Below are positions 25,655-33,424 of a stretch of 33,424 bases of DNA, piece by piece (the first letter of the stretch is position 1; each line of letters begins with the position of its first letter). The position numbers were made by a program, and so were the translations under genes. This DNA is from a virus (Duplodnaviria; Caudoviricetes): the IMG/VR virus record IMGVR_UViG_3300010376_000093, positions 1 through 33,424 of that record; one strand, written 5' to 3'. Below the pieces are notes generated by a model. It was given only the letters and a program-made list of their open reading frames with translations. It made no database searches and was not told where the DNA came from.

Positions 25655-27096
25655 GCTGCACTCCCATCTGCTGTAAATACTTCTATCCATTTATAAGGTG
25701 CTGTAAGAGTTACTGCTGGACAATTAGTTCCTAAAGCAGCACTCCCAGAACCAGTAGAATTATTACCTGCAAATTTTGGAAGTACATTTATAGTAAGATT
25801 ATTAACATTAGTATCTCCAGCACCATTAACATTAAACCCAGGACTTCTAAAAGCTAAACCAGAAAAGCTACAACCGAGGAAATCAATTCCATTAGCTACA
25901 GTAGGAGTATTAGTAGCTACTATTATCGAGCCACCATTAGCCACTCCGTTAGAGATGTTAATACCAAACTGAAATCCTTGTGCCCCGCCAGTAGTAGTTA
26001 TAGCTAAACCATAATGTGCTGAAGATCCAAAGGCTACTGGTTGTGTTGAGAAATCTACTATAAGAATACCAGCTTTTCCCTGACAACCAGCTACATTAGC
26101 TGACACATTAATTTCCATTCCGCTAACACTACTTGCAGCTACTGTATCAGCAGTTGCAGTTAATAAAGCTGCGGCTACATATCCTCCTTTCTTGCTATAA
26201 GCATTAAGCCCAGCACCAATAGGCCCATTAGTTACAAGACCACCACCACTAGTACTTGGAATCCAATTATTCTCAGCAGTAGCATTACACCAGAAAGCAA
26301 AGCAAGTTCTCCCCTGCCCTGCTTCTAATCTATAGTCAACAGTAACACCTTTAAGAGTAGAACCAGGCGAGTCTGCTCCTATATCTTGGTATATTAATTT
26401 ATACTCAGCTAACAGATTATTAGGTAGAGGTAATGTTGCTGCACCTACATACATCCAATTTACTACTCCCTGTGTAGTATCATTAAAGTGCCATTCAAAT
26501 TGAGCACCATTCGCAGGAGCTACACCCTCATAGTCAATAGATGAATTACTAACAGTAGAATAGCCTATTTGATTTAAATTAGTTCCAAGTACAGTATAAG
26601 GTCCACTTATTAAAGAAGCAGCTTGTTTAGTTACTTTAACAGTAGTCTTGCTGCAAGTAGTTACATTAGCATATAATGTAATAGGTTGGGTAACCCAAAC
26701 TTCACCGCCAGCAGAACCTAATGAACAAATAGCTTCCTGTAACCCACCACTAGCACTCTGAATAACCCAAGAACCAGTATGAGCATTAGCACAAATTACT
26801 GTTATCTGATTTCCACTAATACCAGTAATAGGAACAGTTTCAGCAGTACCAGTTCCACCACTAATGTAGAGAGAAGAACCTACAGATAAACCAGTGGGTA
26901 AAGGTGGATTAAAAGTAATAACATTAGTACCAGGATTTAATGGAACCAAACCAGCGTATGGTGTAAAATTATAGTCACTAGCTATAATAAATGGCATTCC
27001 TGTTATAACATGTACAGCATTCCATTCATTAGGCCCCACCAAAGTATGATCTGATTGTTCAGCTTTAGGAGATACAAATTGATGAGTTACCTGCAT
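25633..27096 (-). CDS. Tail fibre/spike protein
   Basis: N-terminal H.FVS.K....D.TLV.P..WNA.H anchor-like motif; Gly/Ala/Thr-rich beta-helix-like body. Confidence 0.7.
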   Translation of the reverse strand: MQVTHQFVSPKAEQSDHTLVGPNEWNAVHVITGMPFIIASDYNFTPYAGLVPLNPGTNVITFNPPLPTGLSVGSSLYISGGTGTAETVPITGISGNQITVICANAHTGSWVIQSASGGLQEAICSLGSAGGEVWVTQPITLYANVTTCSKTTVKVTKQAASLISGPYTVLGTNLNQIGYSTVSNSSIDYEGVAPANGAQFEWHFNDTTQGVVNWMYVGAATLPLPNNLLAEYKLIYQDIGADSPGSTLKGVTVDYRLEAGQGRTCFAFWCNATAENNWIPSTSGGGLVTNGPIGAGLNAYSKKGGYVAAALLTATADTVAASSVSGMEINVSANVAGCQGKAGILIVDFSTQPVAFGSSAHYGLAITTTGGAQGFQFGINISNGVANGGSIIVATNTPTVANGIDFLGCSFSGLAFRSPGFNVNGAGDTNVNNLTINVLPKFAGNNSTGSGSAALGTNCPAVTLTAPYKWIEVFTADGSAAWIPAWK

Positions 27097-27632
27097 ACAA
27101 CCTCCATACTTCTTGTGTCAGATCCTAATACCTCTTCATAAGTTACCGCCGGCTTAGATTTCTTTATGGCCTTGGTTATCATATTGTAGGGTTCTTTAGG
27201 TTCTGGTGTAGTTTCTATCAGGCCAAATCCACATTCTATCAGTGTAATCTTAAGCTCATCAGGATTCATAGCACACACATGGAAGTCCTGTGGGCTAGTC
27301 TGTCTACCATAAAGTGTAGCTTCCCAAAAATCTCTCATACCAAGCATATTCTTACGCCACCGTTGAGCACATTCCCAGAAATCAGGATAAGTTATAATTA
27401 ACTCTCCACCTACCTTAAGTACCCTAGAACACTCTGCAAGTACTTTGTGATGATACCGCTTCTGAATATGCTCTATACAGTGGAAGAAGAGAATTTCCTC
27501 TACTGATCCATCAGCATAAGGAAGCTCACGCTTAACAAAGTCTAAGGCAAGATCAGGTTTACAGTGCCTGTCACTATCAACATTGACATAACCTTTAAAC
27601 CGCGACAGCCCGCTTCCTAAGTTTAGTTTCAT
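27087..27632 (-). CDS. Class I SAM-dependent methyltransferase (type 11-like)
   Basis: KLNLGSG, VNVD, LPY.D.SV, HCIEH, RVLKVGG.L.I..PD. Confidence 0.88.
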   Translation of the reverse strand: MKLNLGSGLSRFKGYVNVDSDRHCKPDLALDFVKRELPYADGSVEEILFFHCIEHIQKRYHHKVLAECSRVLKVGGELIITYPDFWECAQRWRKNMLGMRDFWEATLYGRQTSPQDFHVCAMNPDELKITLIECGFGLIETTPEPKEPYNMITKAIKKSKPAVTYEEVLGSDTRSMEVVCR

Positions 27633-28362
27633 GTTTCACCATAGCAAGATAATCAGAATCTCTATCCTTTCTTAACCCCAGTTTATTTTTATCTACTGGA
27701 GTGATTTTATTCAGCATCTCAAAATACTTCTTGTAAGCAGATCTGCTGCCTTCATGAAGAACCTCAGGCCATAAGATATGCCCACATTGACACTCACAGT
27801 TGATACGTATTTTTGCAGCCGGGTTAAGTTGTTTAAGCTTTATACAATAATACACATCCTCAGTAAAATTCGGCCCGGTCATAAAATAAGGTTCTTTCAG
27901 GTGGCTCAGAGACTCTACTTTAAGAAGTGCAAAAGAAAATCCTACAGCTTCCTTATCCACTATTCCCTTCAGTGGAAGCTCCTTATCTATTACAACAGTA
28001 CCTTCTTTATCTCTAGTGAAACTCATATAGTCAAAAGGATAACCACGGACACAAACTCTCCCAGCAGCCACATCAGCTTCACAGTCTAGTAGTTGCTTCA
28101 GGCCATAATTAGGATTCACAATAACATCATCATCCAGGAATAAAATATAGTCAGCTGATGCTTCCAATGCAACCCGCGCTGTCATATTCCTCATTCTATC
28201 TATACTCATTCTAGCAGGGTTAGAGATTATAAAATCTATATGAGGATAACTCCGACCCAAGCGGAACCAAAACTGGCAGTGATTAGTATAAGCAGGGTAT
28301 TGCATCTCGGTCAGACTATTAGTTCCAACCACGATACGCATTCTCTTTTTCTTCTTAATCAT
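27595..28362 (-). CDS. GT-A fold glycosyltransferase (family 2-like)
   Basis: RN......L...ADYILFLDDD (DxD), VGFSFALL, TEDVYYC, C-terminal GH. Confidence 0.88.
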   Translation of the reverse strand: MIKKKKRMRIVVGTNSLTEMQYPAYTNHCQFWFRLGRSYPHIDFIISNPARMSIDRMRNMTARVALEASADYILFLDDDVIVNPNYGLKQLLDCEADVAAGRVCVRGYPFDYMSFTRDKEGTVVIDKELPLKGIVDKEAVGFSFALLKVESLSHLKEPYFMTGPNFTEDVYYCIKLKQLNPAAKIRINCECQCGHILWPEVLHEGSRSAYKKYFEMLNKITPVDKNKLGLRKDRDSDYLAMVKHETKLRKRAVAV

Positions 28363-28378
28363 TAGAAGCTCCGCTAAG

Positions 28379-28421
28379 TAAAATAAGGGCAGCTAAGAGA
28401 CTCCTCCTCTCTGACTGCCCT
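28379..28421 (-). terminator. Rho-independent terminator after the capsid/cement genes
   Basis: Minus strand AGGGCAG-TCAGAGA-loop-TCTCTTAG-CTGCCCT followed by TATTTT. Confidence 0.7.
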
Positions 28422-28442
28422 ATAGTGTTAGGGGGATCAGAA

Positions 28443-29003
28443 TTACATCTGCCTTACAAAAGTACGGTAAAGCTGGGTAATAGCAAGTCTTGTATCTGTA
28501 GCATTAGTAGCAGAGCCAGCCATAGTAGCAAAGTTATCCAGCATAACAGCTTGGGCACTAGCAGCACTTGCAGCTGTACCGAAAGCATTATTTACAGTAT
28601 CAATAGTTAAGACATCACCAAAACCAGCACCAGAAGCAGCAGAAGCCCAACTAACTGTTGTAGCTGATCTTGTAGCTCTAACTACTAGAGACATACAAAC
28701 TCCTGAGACTATAGCTTCACCATATCCAGGATAAACAATAGGTGCAGCAGCTACCCCAAAATAAAATAAACTAGGTGTGGAAGCATTAGCGGCCGCCGCA
28801 GTACTTGGAAGTACAACCTGAAGTCCATCCTCCCAACCAGCAGCTATACCATTAGTATAAACTGGAGGTTGGGGAGTTGCACTCAAGTTAAGTATTAAAG
28901 GTGTTCCAACAGGGATTGTAGCTGCCGCAGTAGAGCTATCAGCATTCCTTACACTGTTAATATATCTTTCCGGCTTATTACTCTCAATTAGCTTTGTTCT
29001 CAT
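28443..29003 (-). CDS. Putative capsid cement/decoration protein
   Basis: Ala/Thr-rich; VRN...IPVG.P, GVA...I...GYG.....G pattern; located between the capsid gene and the terminator. Confidence 0.65.
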   Translation of the reverse strand: MRTKLIESNKPERYINSVRNADSSTAAATIPVGTPLILNLSATPQPPVYTNGIAAGWEDGLQVVLPSTAAAANASTPSLFYFGVAAAPIVYPGYGEAIVSGVCMSLVVRATRSATTVSWASAASGAGFGDVLTIDTVNNAFGTAASAASAQAVMLDNFATMAGSATNATDTRLAITQLYRTFVRQM

Positions 29004-29509
29004 CTTGTGCCTTTCTTTACATTTGCAGTCCCTAGGCAGGGGTCAGTTGTGTTAACTGGTTTAAGACCGTCATCAGGAAAAAGGATATCAGAAGCAAGCT
29101 CATAAGCTTTTTTAGCTTCTTCTAAGCTTTTAAAACGGCCAAGATTCATAGAGTTGTTACCAATTTGAATTGTAGCCTGATATTTCTTCCTACTCGCAAT
29201 GTAAGATACTCCCTTAACACCTGTATTTGATTTTGTAGATCTTTTTCTAATACAATTTTGTTGCTGAGAAATAAGTCTTAGATTAGATCTACGATTATTC
29301 AAACCATTGTGATCTATATGGTCAGTTACAAATAGAGGATGGTTGTTAGGAAGAATTAGTTTATGCATAAATATAGTGTTGCCAGCTATAGTAGTGAATG
29401 CATAACTAGTTGTATTCCTTTTAGATATTCTCCAAGTGTGTTTCATAACCAAAGGAATATCCACATCATCAAAGAACACTACATGCTTACCTATGGTGAG
29501 TTGTGCCAT
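29000..29509 (-). CDS. Free-standing HNH homing endonuclease with AP2 domain (start revised to ATG 29509)
   Basis: FMHKLI, DHIDHNGLNNRRSNLR, SNTGVKGV, YQATI, LGRF...EEA..AY. Confidence 0.92.
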   Translation of the reverse strand: MAQLTIGKHVVFFDDVDIPLVMKHTWRISKRNTTSYAFTTIAGNTIFMHKLILPNNHPLFVTDHIDHNGLNNRRSNLRLISQQQNCIRKRSTKSNTGVKGVSYIASRKKYQATIQIGNNSMNLGRFKSLEEAKKAYELASDILFPDDGLKPVNTTDPCLGTANVKKGTR

Positions 29510-29515
29510 AGAATC

Positions 29516-29544
29516 AGCATACCCTGAATGGATGAGCAAGTCAA
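29516..29544 (-). promoter_or_regulatory. Sigma70-like promoter of the HNH gene (leaderless geometry)
   Basis: TTGACT-17 bp-TATGCT-6 nt-ATG(29509). Confidence 0.65.
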
Positions 29545-29574
29545 GCACAGGCTAACCCCTTACATTTCAAGCAC

Positions 29575-30726
29575 TTAGCTCGTGTAGGCCCTTACAAACT
29601 TCGCCAAAACACCTTGTTTCCGCCTGTTATTCACGGTAACATTTCCCATCCAACCGACATGTCCTACCCTAGAGTCTCCGTTGATTGGCTTCGCAAAAGT
29701 ATTCCCGTTCTCATCCTTAAGCATGTCCCAGTTCCTACTAGGATGGTAACGAATCTTAAAGAACTTAGCATTTACATAAACACAGGAACCATAGCTCATA
29801 GTGCCAGGATTTACAACACCACCTATAGCAGTTCCAGGCTTATTACTAAAGAAATCAGGAACTTTATCATCCATGATAACTTTAGCATTCAGGAACTTCT
29901 TCCCGATGAAAGGATACTCAAAGTTGAGAGCATCAGCATTTGCCTTGTATACTGCAAAGTAGGCATGAATAAAATTCTGATAGGTAATTTGATCCATCAG
30001 CATATGTGTAGGAGGTCCACCAGTTCCAAGTGCAGTCAGGTTATACATTCCCTCAAGTTCATACATAAACTGAGAGTAAGTAGTAGCTGCACTTGTACCC
30101 CAATGATTCTGCCACCAAGTATTAGGCGCCCCTTCTGAAATCCCACCGATAGTTAAAGCCGATCCGGTGGCTGCTGCACCACTGATACTATCATTACCAG
30201 CAGTGTTATAACTTATCAGCATAGGAAGAGGATTCACATGGTAGCTTCCATTCACAGTGGAAGTTTTAGGGGTAGTCATATTTCCTGCCCCGGAACCCCA
30301 CATGAAAGCCTGTGCCCAATTCTCCTGTAGTCCTAATTCACTCTGCTGAATCCTAGCCTTCACTAGATTAATAATCTTATGTTCATTCTGAACTACTTCC
30401 TTAGTATTGTAACTAATAGGTGAAGCAACCTGCCTCCACTCAAACTGAGCCTGAGTAATACCATCAGTAGGTTGAGTACTTAAATCATCATAACCATCAT
30501 AGGAGTCAGCAGGTGCAAGACCATACATTAATTCTTCAGCTATGTAAGTTCCTCCATCAGCTTCTTCATAAGACTCACCTTTGATAAGATCGTACAGGAT
30601 ACTATTAGTAGCTCCTATATTATCAATCAGAGTCTTCCTATAGTTAGCCAAGCTAGTAGAGAATACAGAATCCAAATAAGTTGTTATATTATTCGGAGCA
30701 CTCGCATTCCCAAAAGTTAGTGCCAC
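29575..30726 (-). CDS. Major capsid protein
   Basis: TSL.NY...L.DNI, GG..I...L.Y, Y.GYD.L, A.FEWRQ, C-terminal GN.TV.NRR.QGVL; follows the scaffold gene. Confidence 0.9.
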   Translation of the reverse strand: MALTFGNASAPNNITTYLDSVFSTSLANYRKTLIDNIGATNSILYDLIKGESYEEADGGTYIAEELMYGLAPADSYDGYDDLSTQPTDGITQAQFEWRQVASPISYNTKEVVQNEHKIINLVKARIQQSELGLQENWAQAFMWGSGAGNMTTPKTSTVNGSYHVNPLPMLISYNTAGNDSISGAAATGSALTIGGISEGAPNTWWQNHWGTSAATTYSQFMYELEGMYNLTALGTGGPPTHMLMDQITYQNFIHAYFAVYKANADALNFEYPFIGKKFLNAKVIMDDKVPDFFSNKPGTAIGGVVNPGTMSYGSCVYVNAKFFKIRYHPSRNWDMLKDENGNTFAKPINGDSRVGHVGWMGNVTVNNRRKQGVLAKFVRAYTS

Positions 30727-30741
30727 AGTTGTTTACCTTAA

Positions 30742-31566
30742 CTACTTTCTGGAGCTTTGCTCTACTTGTTCCATTGCAAGTGAGACAGCATCCTTTAGAG
30801 ACATCTTTCGTGGATTACCACCAGTATTACTAGGCATAACCCCTCGGTTGCTAGCACTTAAATTTCGTGCAGCAGAATCTGAACGAGCACTATCAGCTCT
30901 GCTGCTCCTAGATTTATTACCTTTTTGAATACCTAATTCACCAACAGCTAAAGCAAAGATCCTACGATAATACCTCTCAGGAGTCATATTAGGATCTGTA
31001 GGAGGAAATTCATCCATAGCTTTTGACATTTCCTTCACCACAGAATCTGGCATGTCATCAGTTCCAAACCACTCCTGAGCTAATTCTACATGAGTTGAAG
31101 CTGTTTCCTGCTCTATAGCTTTAAGCTCTTGTCTTTCCACCCTAGCTCTTAAATCAGTATCAGTACCCCGGCTTGAGATTTTAGTATCCAGTGCCTCCTC
31201 AAGAGCCGGGCCAAGCTTAGGAGCCAGAAAAGAGAATTCTTGACCTAAGTGTTTCTCCAAGATTTTAGTAATATCCGCCTTAATCTCATCCGGTTCCGCG
31301 TTACGAAGTTCAGCCTTAGTATAACCGGCTTGTTTCGCAAGGAAATCAATAAAAGCACCGGCTTTCTGGGGATCTTTAAATATCTGTACAATAGCCTTAC
31401 CTTGTATAGCCTCTTCATCCACTGCGGGAGTTTCAGAAGCTTTATCTGATTCAGCATGTTCAGATTCTCCCTGCTTCTCTTCTACCTGTACATCACTTTT
31501 ATCTTGTGACTCTACAGCTTTAGTCACTGCCTCAGTGAGGCTTTCAGTCTTTTCTTCTACTGGCAT
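30742..31566 (-). CDS. Capsid scaffolding protein
   Basis: Acidic, helical, with a disordered C-terminus ending in a short helix; between portal and capsid genes; AGGAG SD. Confidence 0.75.
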   Translation of the reverse strand: MPVEEKTESLTEAVTKAVESQDKSDVQVEEKQGESEHAESDKASETPAVDEEAIQGKAIVQIFKDPQKAGAFIDFLAKQAGYTKAELRNAEPDEIKADITKILEKHLGQEFSFLAPKLGPALEEALDTKISSRGTDTDLRARVERQELKAIEQETASTHVELAQEWFGTDDMPDSVVKEMSKAMDEFPPTDPNMTPERYYRRIFALAVGELGIQKGNKSRSSRADSARSDSAARNLSASNRGVMPSNTGGNPRKMSLKDAVSLAMEQVEQSSRK

Positions 31567-31579
31567 CTGTAACTCCTAT

Positions 31580-33424
31580 CTACTGAATCTGATTAGTCAA
31601 TTGTTCCTGCACATCAGAAGTACCTGGAACAGCCATTTGAGCATTTCTAGCACTAGCAAGATTCCCTGGAGCTTGAGCACCCTGTGCTCCTTGTCCTCCT
31701 TGCTGTGCTTGTGCTTGTATCTGTTGTGCTTGTATCTTTGCTTGAGCTAAAGCTACTTGTATCATCTCTTGTATAACAGCCTCATTCTTATAATTAGTTC
31801 TATAAGCAGCTTCTCTAATAAGCTTAGGACTCATCTTTATATCAGGAAACTGAGCACACATAGACATAAAATTAACAAAACTTGTTTGTGCAGCCTGCAT
31901 TGCTGCTGGTGTAGCATTTTGAACATCAAAGTTTATTTCAAAATCATACCCGTCATCTATTTCCTGACTAGTAACATATCTATAAACAGGCTCCTGAGTT
32001 AATTGCTGATGTGGCTGCTGTGGGCCAGGATTTGTTGTATACTTTATCCAAAGACCTGCCACAAGTCTTTCTTGGCACTGACATAGTAATTCCCTGCCTA
32101 TAGAACATAACCAGAGACTAAAATCTAACTGTTCCGCTGATTCTCTGATCTGCGCTCTACTTTGTACAATCTTCGCTTGTGTTGCAGTTTCTCTATCCGT
32201 ATCCTGTCCTCTAGCTTCAGCACTAGTTCCACTGATGGTATTAAAGTCATCTTTAGCAAGTGTAAGAGCATTCTCAGAGGTAGGTCCAATCTCAGGGTTA
32301 TCAATAGCTTTGATAGCATCAGGTTGTTTTACTTCAACTAGGATTCCATCAGGACCAGAAGAAAACTTCTCCTTCTCTTCCTCATCAATCATTCCTTTAA
32401 CAGTTTGAAACTTACGGGTAAATCTTCTGCGGTAGCTTCTAACTTGTTCCCGCGCTTCATTAATTTCATCCTGCGGAGACAACCATTGGAAGACGGGAGG
32501 TATAGGATAAAATCCACGTATTCTGAAGTCCCATCGAAGGTCAATAAAAGGTAATCGGTCGTAACTTCCAGACCATAATTCGTGCATTTCGTAATCATCA
32601 AGTAGTAACATCCTTCTCTTAGTAACCTGATCCCAAATACTCCATACTTTACATATCTCTCCGCTGTTGTACAGCGTTTTTAGAGTATCATCATTACTAG
32701 CATATCCACTGCCACCACCGACAAATCCACTAGCATACTCAGCACTTATATAAGAACCACCTGAGTAATCCTGAGGCCAGTCTATACCTTTAGTGTTCTC
32801 TAAGACACTCTTGTAGAAATAATCATAGTATCCTACCCAATCACAATCATTAAGCTCTGTAGCCTCTGTAGCACACACCCTAAACCTGTGGGGCCAGATT
32901 CTCTTTACAAAGAATCTTTCATTCACAGGTATAAGATTCTCATGGATGATACGATCTTCTGACTCAGGCACATCAGGGTCAGTCCAGCTAGCTAATTCCG
33001 GGTCAATCTTCTGGGGATTCCGCCAGTCATTAGCATATCCTACCTCTATAATTCCGAACCTGAAGAAACTATCCATCGCGGCCCGTTTTATATGTGTAGT
33101 GAAATTTAAATTAGGATTACCTACTATAGTATTCAGTACATCTTCCTTAAGTTGAGCACTTTGGACTGCAAAATCCTGATTCCACTGGCTGTTACCTGGG
33201 GTTGGATTTATAACATACTGAGGTTTTTGAAATAATATACCTGCTAGCTTAATCTTAATGGTAGAATAAACAAGGTTAAGAGTATAAGGATTGTAATTAG
33301 TAGTAGGATAATCTCTACGTTGCTTCCACTGGAATCCTTCATAGTACTCCTCCAGTAGCTTACACTTGAACTTCCCACTCCATTCCTGGTACATTTTCTC
33401 CGCTCCCTGAATACGTGATACCCA
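31580..33424 (-). CDS. Portal protein, 5'-truncated by the window edge
   Basis: Frame open to 33424 (WVSRIQGAEKMYQ...); NLVYS, G...VGY, PQDEIN, ISG.S..ARG, TAT.A motifs of P22-like portals; Gln-rich tail. Confidence 0.88.
   Translation of the reverse strand, partial: WVSRIQGAEKMYQEWSGKFKCKLLEEYYEGFQWKQRRDYPTTNYNPYTLNLVYSTIKIKLAGILFQKPQYVINPTPGNSQWNQDFAVQSAQLKEDVLNTIVGNPNLNFTTHIKRAAMDSFFRFGIIEVGYANDWRNPQKIDPELASWTDPDVPESEDRIIHENLIPVNERFFVKRIWPHRFRVCATEATELNDCDWVGYYDYFYKSVLENTKGIDWPQDYSGGSYISAEYASGFVGGGSGYASNDDTLKTLYNSGEICKVWSIWDQVTKRRMLLLDDYEMHELWSGSYDRLPFIDLRWDFRIRGFYPIPPVFQWLSPQDEINEAREQVRSYRRRFTRKFQTVKGMIDEEEKEKFSSGPDGILVEVKQPDAIKAIDNPEIGPTSENALTLAKDDFNTISGTSAEARGQDTDRETATQAKIVQSRAQIRESAEQLDFSLWLCSIGRELLCQCQERLVAGLWIKYTTNPGPQQPHQQLTQEPVYRYVTSQEIDDGYDFEINFDVQNATPAAMQAAQTSFVNFMSMCAQFPDIKMSPKLIREAAYRTNYKNEAVIQEMIQVALAQAKIQAQQIQAQAQQGGQGAQGAQAPGNLASARNAQMAVPGTSDVQEQLTNQIQ

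Noticed and set aside
24768-27096. Diversity-generating retroelement targeting the fibres
   Set aside because: No reverse transcriptase and no adenine-variant TR/VR pair seen; the fibre repeat is an old in-frame duplication.
29000-29575. Group I intron carrying the HNH gene
   Set aside because: Capsid and cement ORFs look complete, and the flanks are too short for a P3-P9 core.
4100-33155. Numerous antisense or alternate-frame ORFs (e.g. 4100-4387, 9499-9705, 14516-14755, 20970-21512, 27778-28089, 29614-30138, 32946-33155)
   Set aside because: They overlap long motif-bearing genes and show no motifs or convincing SD sequences.
1457-33424. TAG stop-codon reassignment suggested by TAG abundance
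   Set aside because: Long genes are intact in code 11, and TAG stops are followed closely by new starts (e.g. 8016 then 8020).

Overview
This window is most of the genome of a tailed dsDNA phage with a podovirus-like (P22/T7-style short tail) virion gene set. The left edge (1-845) holds two leftward genes with sigma70-like promoters. An AT-rich, origin-like non-coding region (about 850-1450) follows. A complete rightward early/replication arm (1457-15514) encodes a SNF2-type helicase, a DUF2786 protein, a Cas4-like PD-(D/E)XK exonuclease, a Sak4-like ATPase, an SSB-like protein, a UDG-fold/3'-5' exo/PolA fusion polymerase, a tandem C2H2 zinc-finger protein, a DUF3987-like AAA+ helicase and many small Zn-binding proteins. 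A convergent leftward virion arm (33424-15511) encodes portal (truncated), scaffold, major capsid, HNH-AP2 endonuclease, cement protein, glycosyltransferase plus methyltransferase, tail fibres, two adaptors, nozzle, three ejection proteins and a KTSC protein. No terminase, endolysin, integrase, tRNA or CRISPR array is visible. The best leads are: (i) a replisome with no recognisable primase, built on a PolA with a rewired motif B and a catalytically eroded UDG domain; (ii) two structured intergenic RNA candidates; (iii) a recurrent GGGGTGAAA motif at promoters, alongside a eukaryote-style C2H2 protein; (iv) an ejection protein with an S74 autocleaving chaperone; (v) unannotated microproteins. 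An Acidobacteriota host is my recollection-based guess only. All family assignments come from reading motifs by eye, not from database searches.
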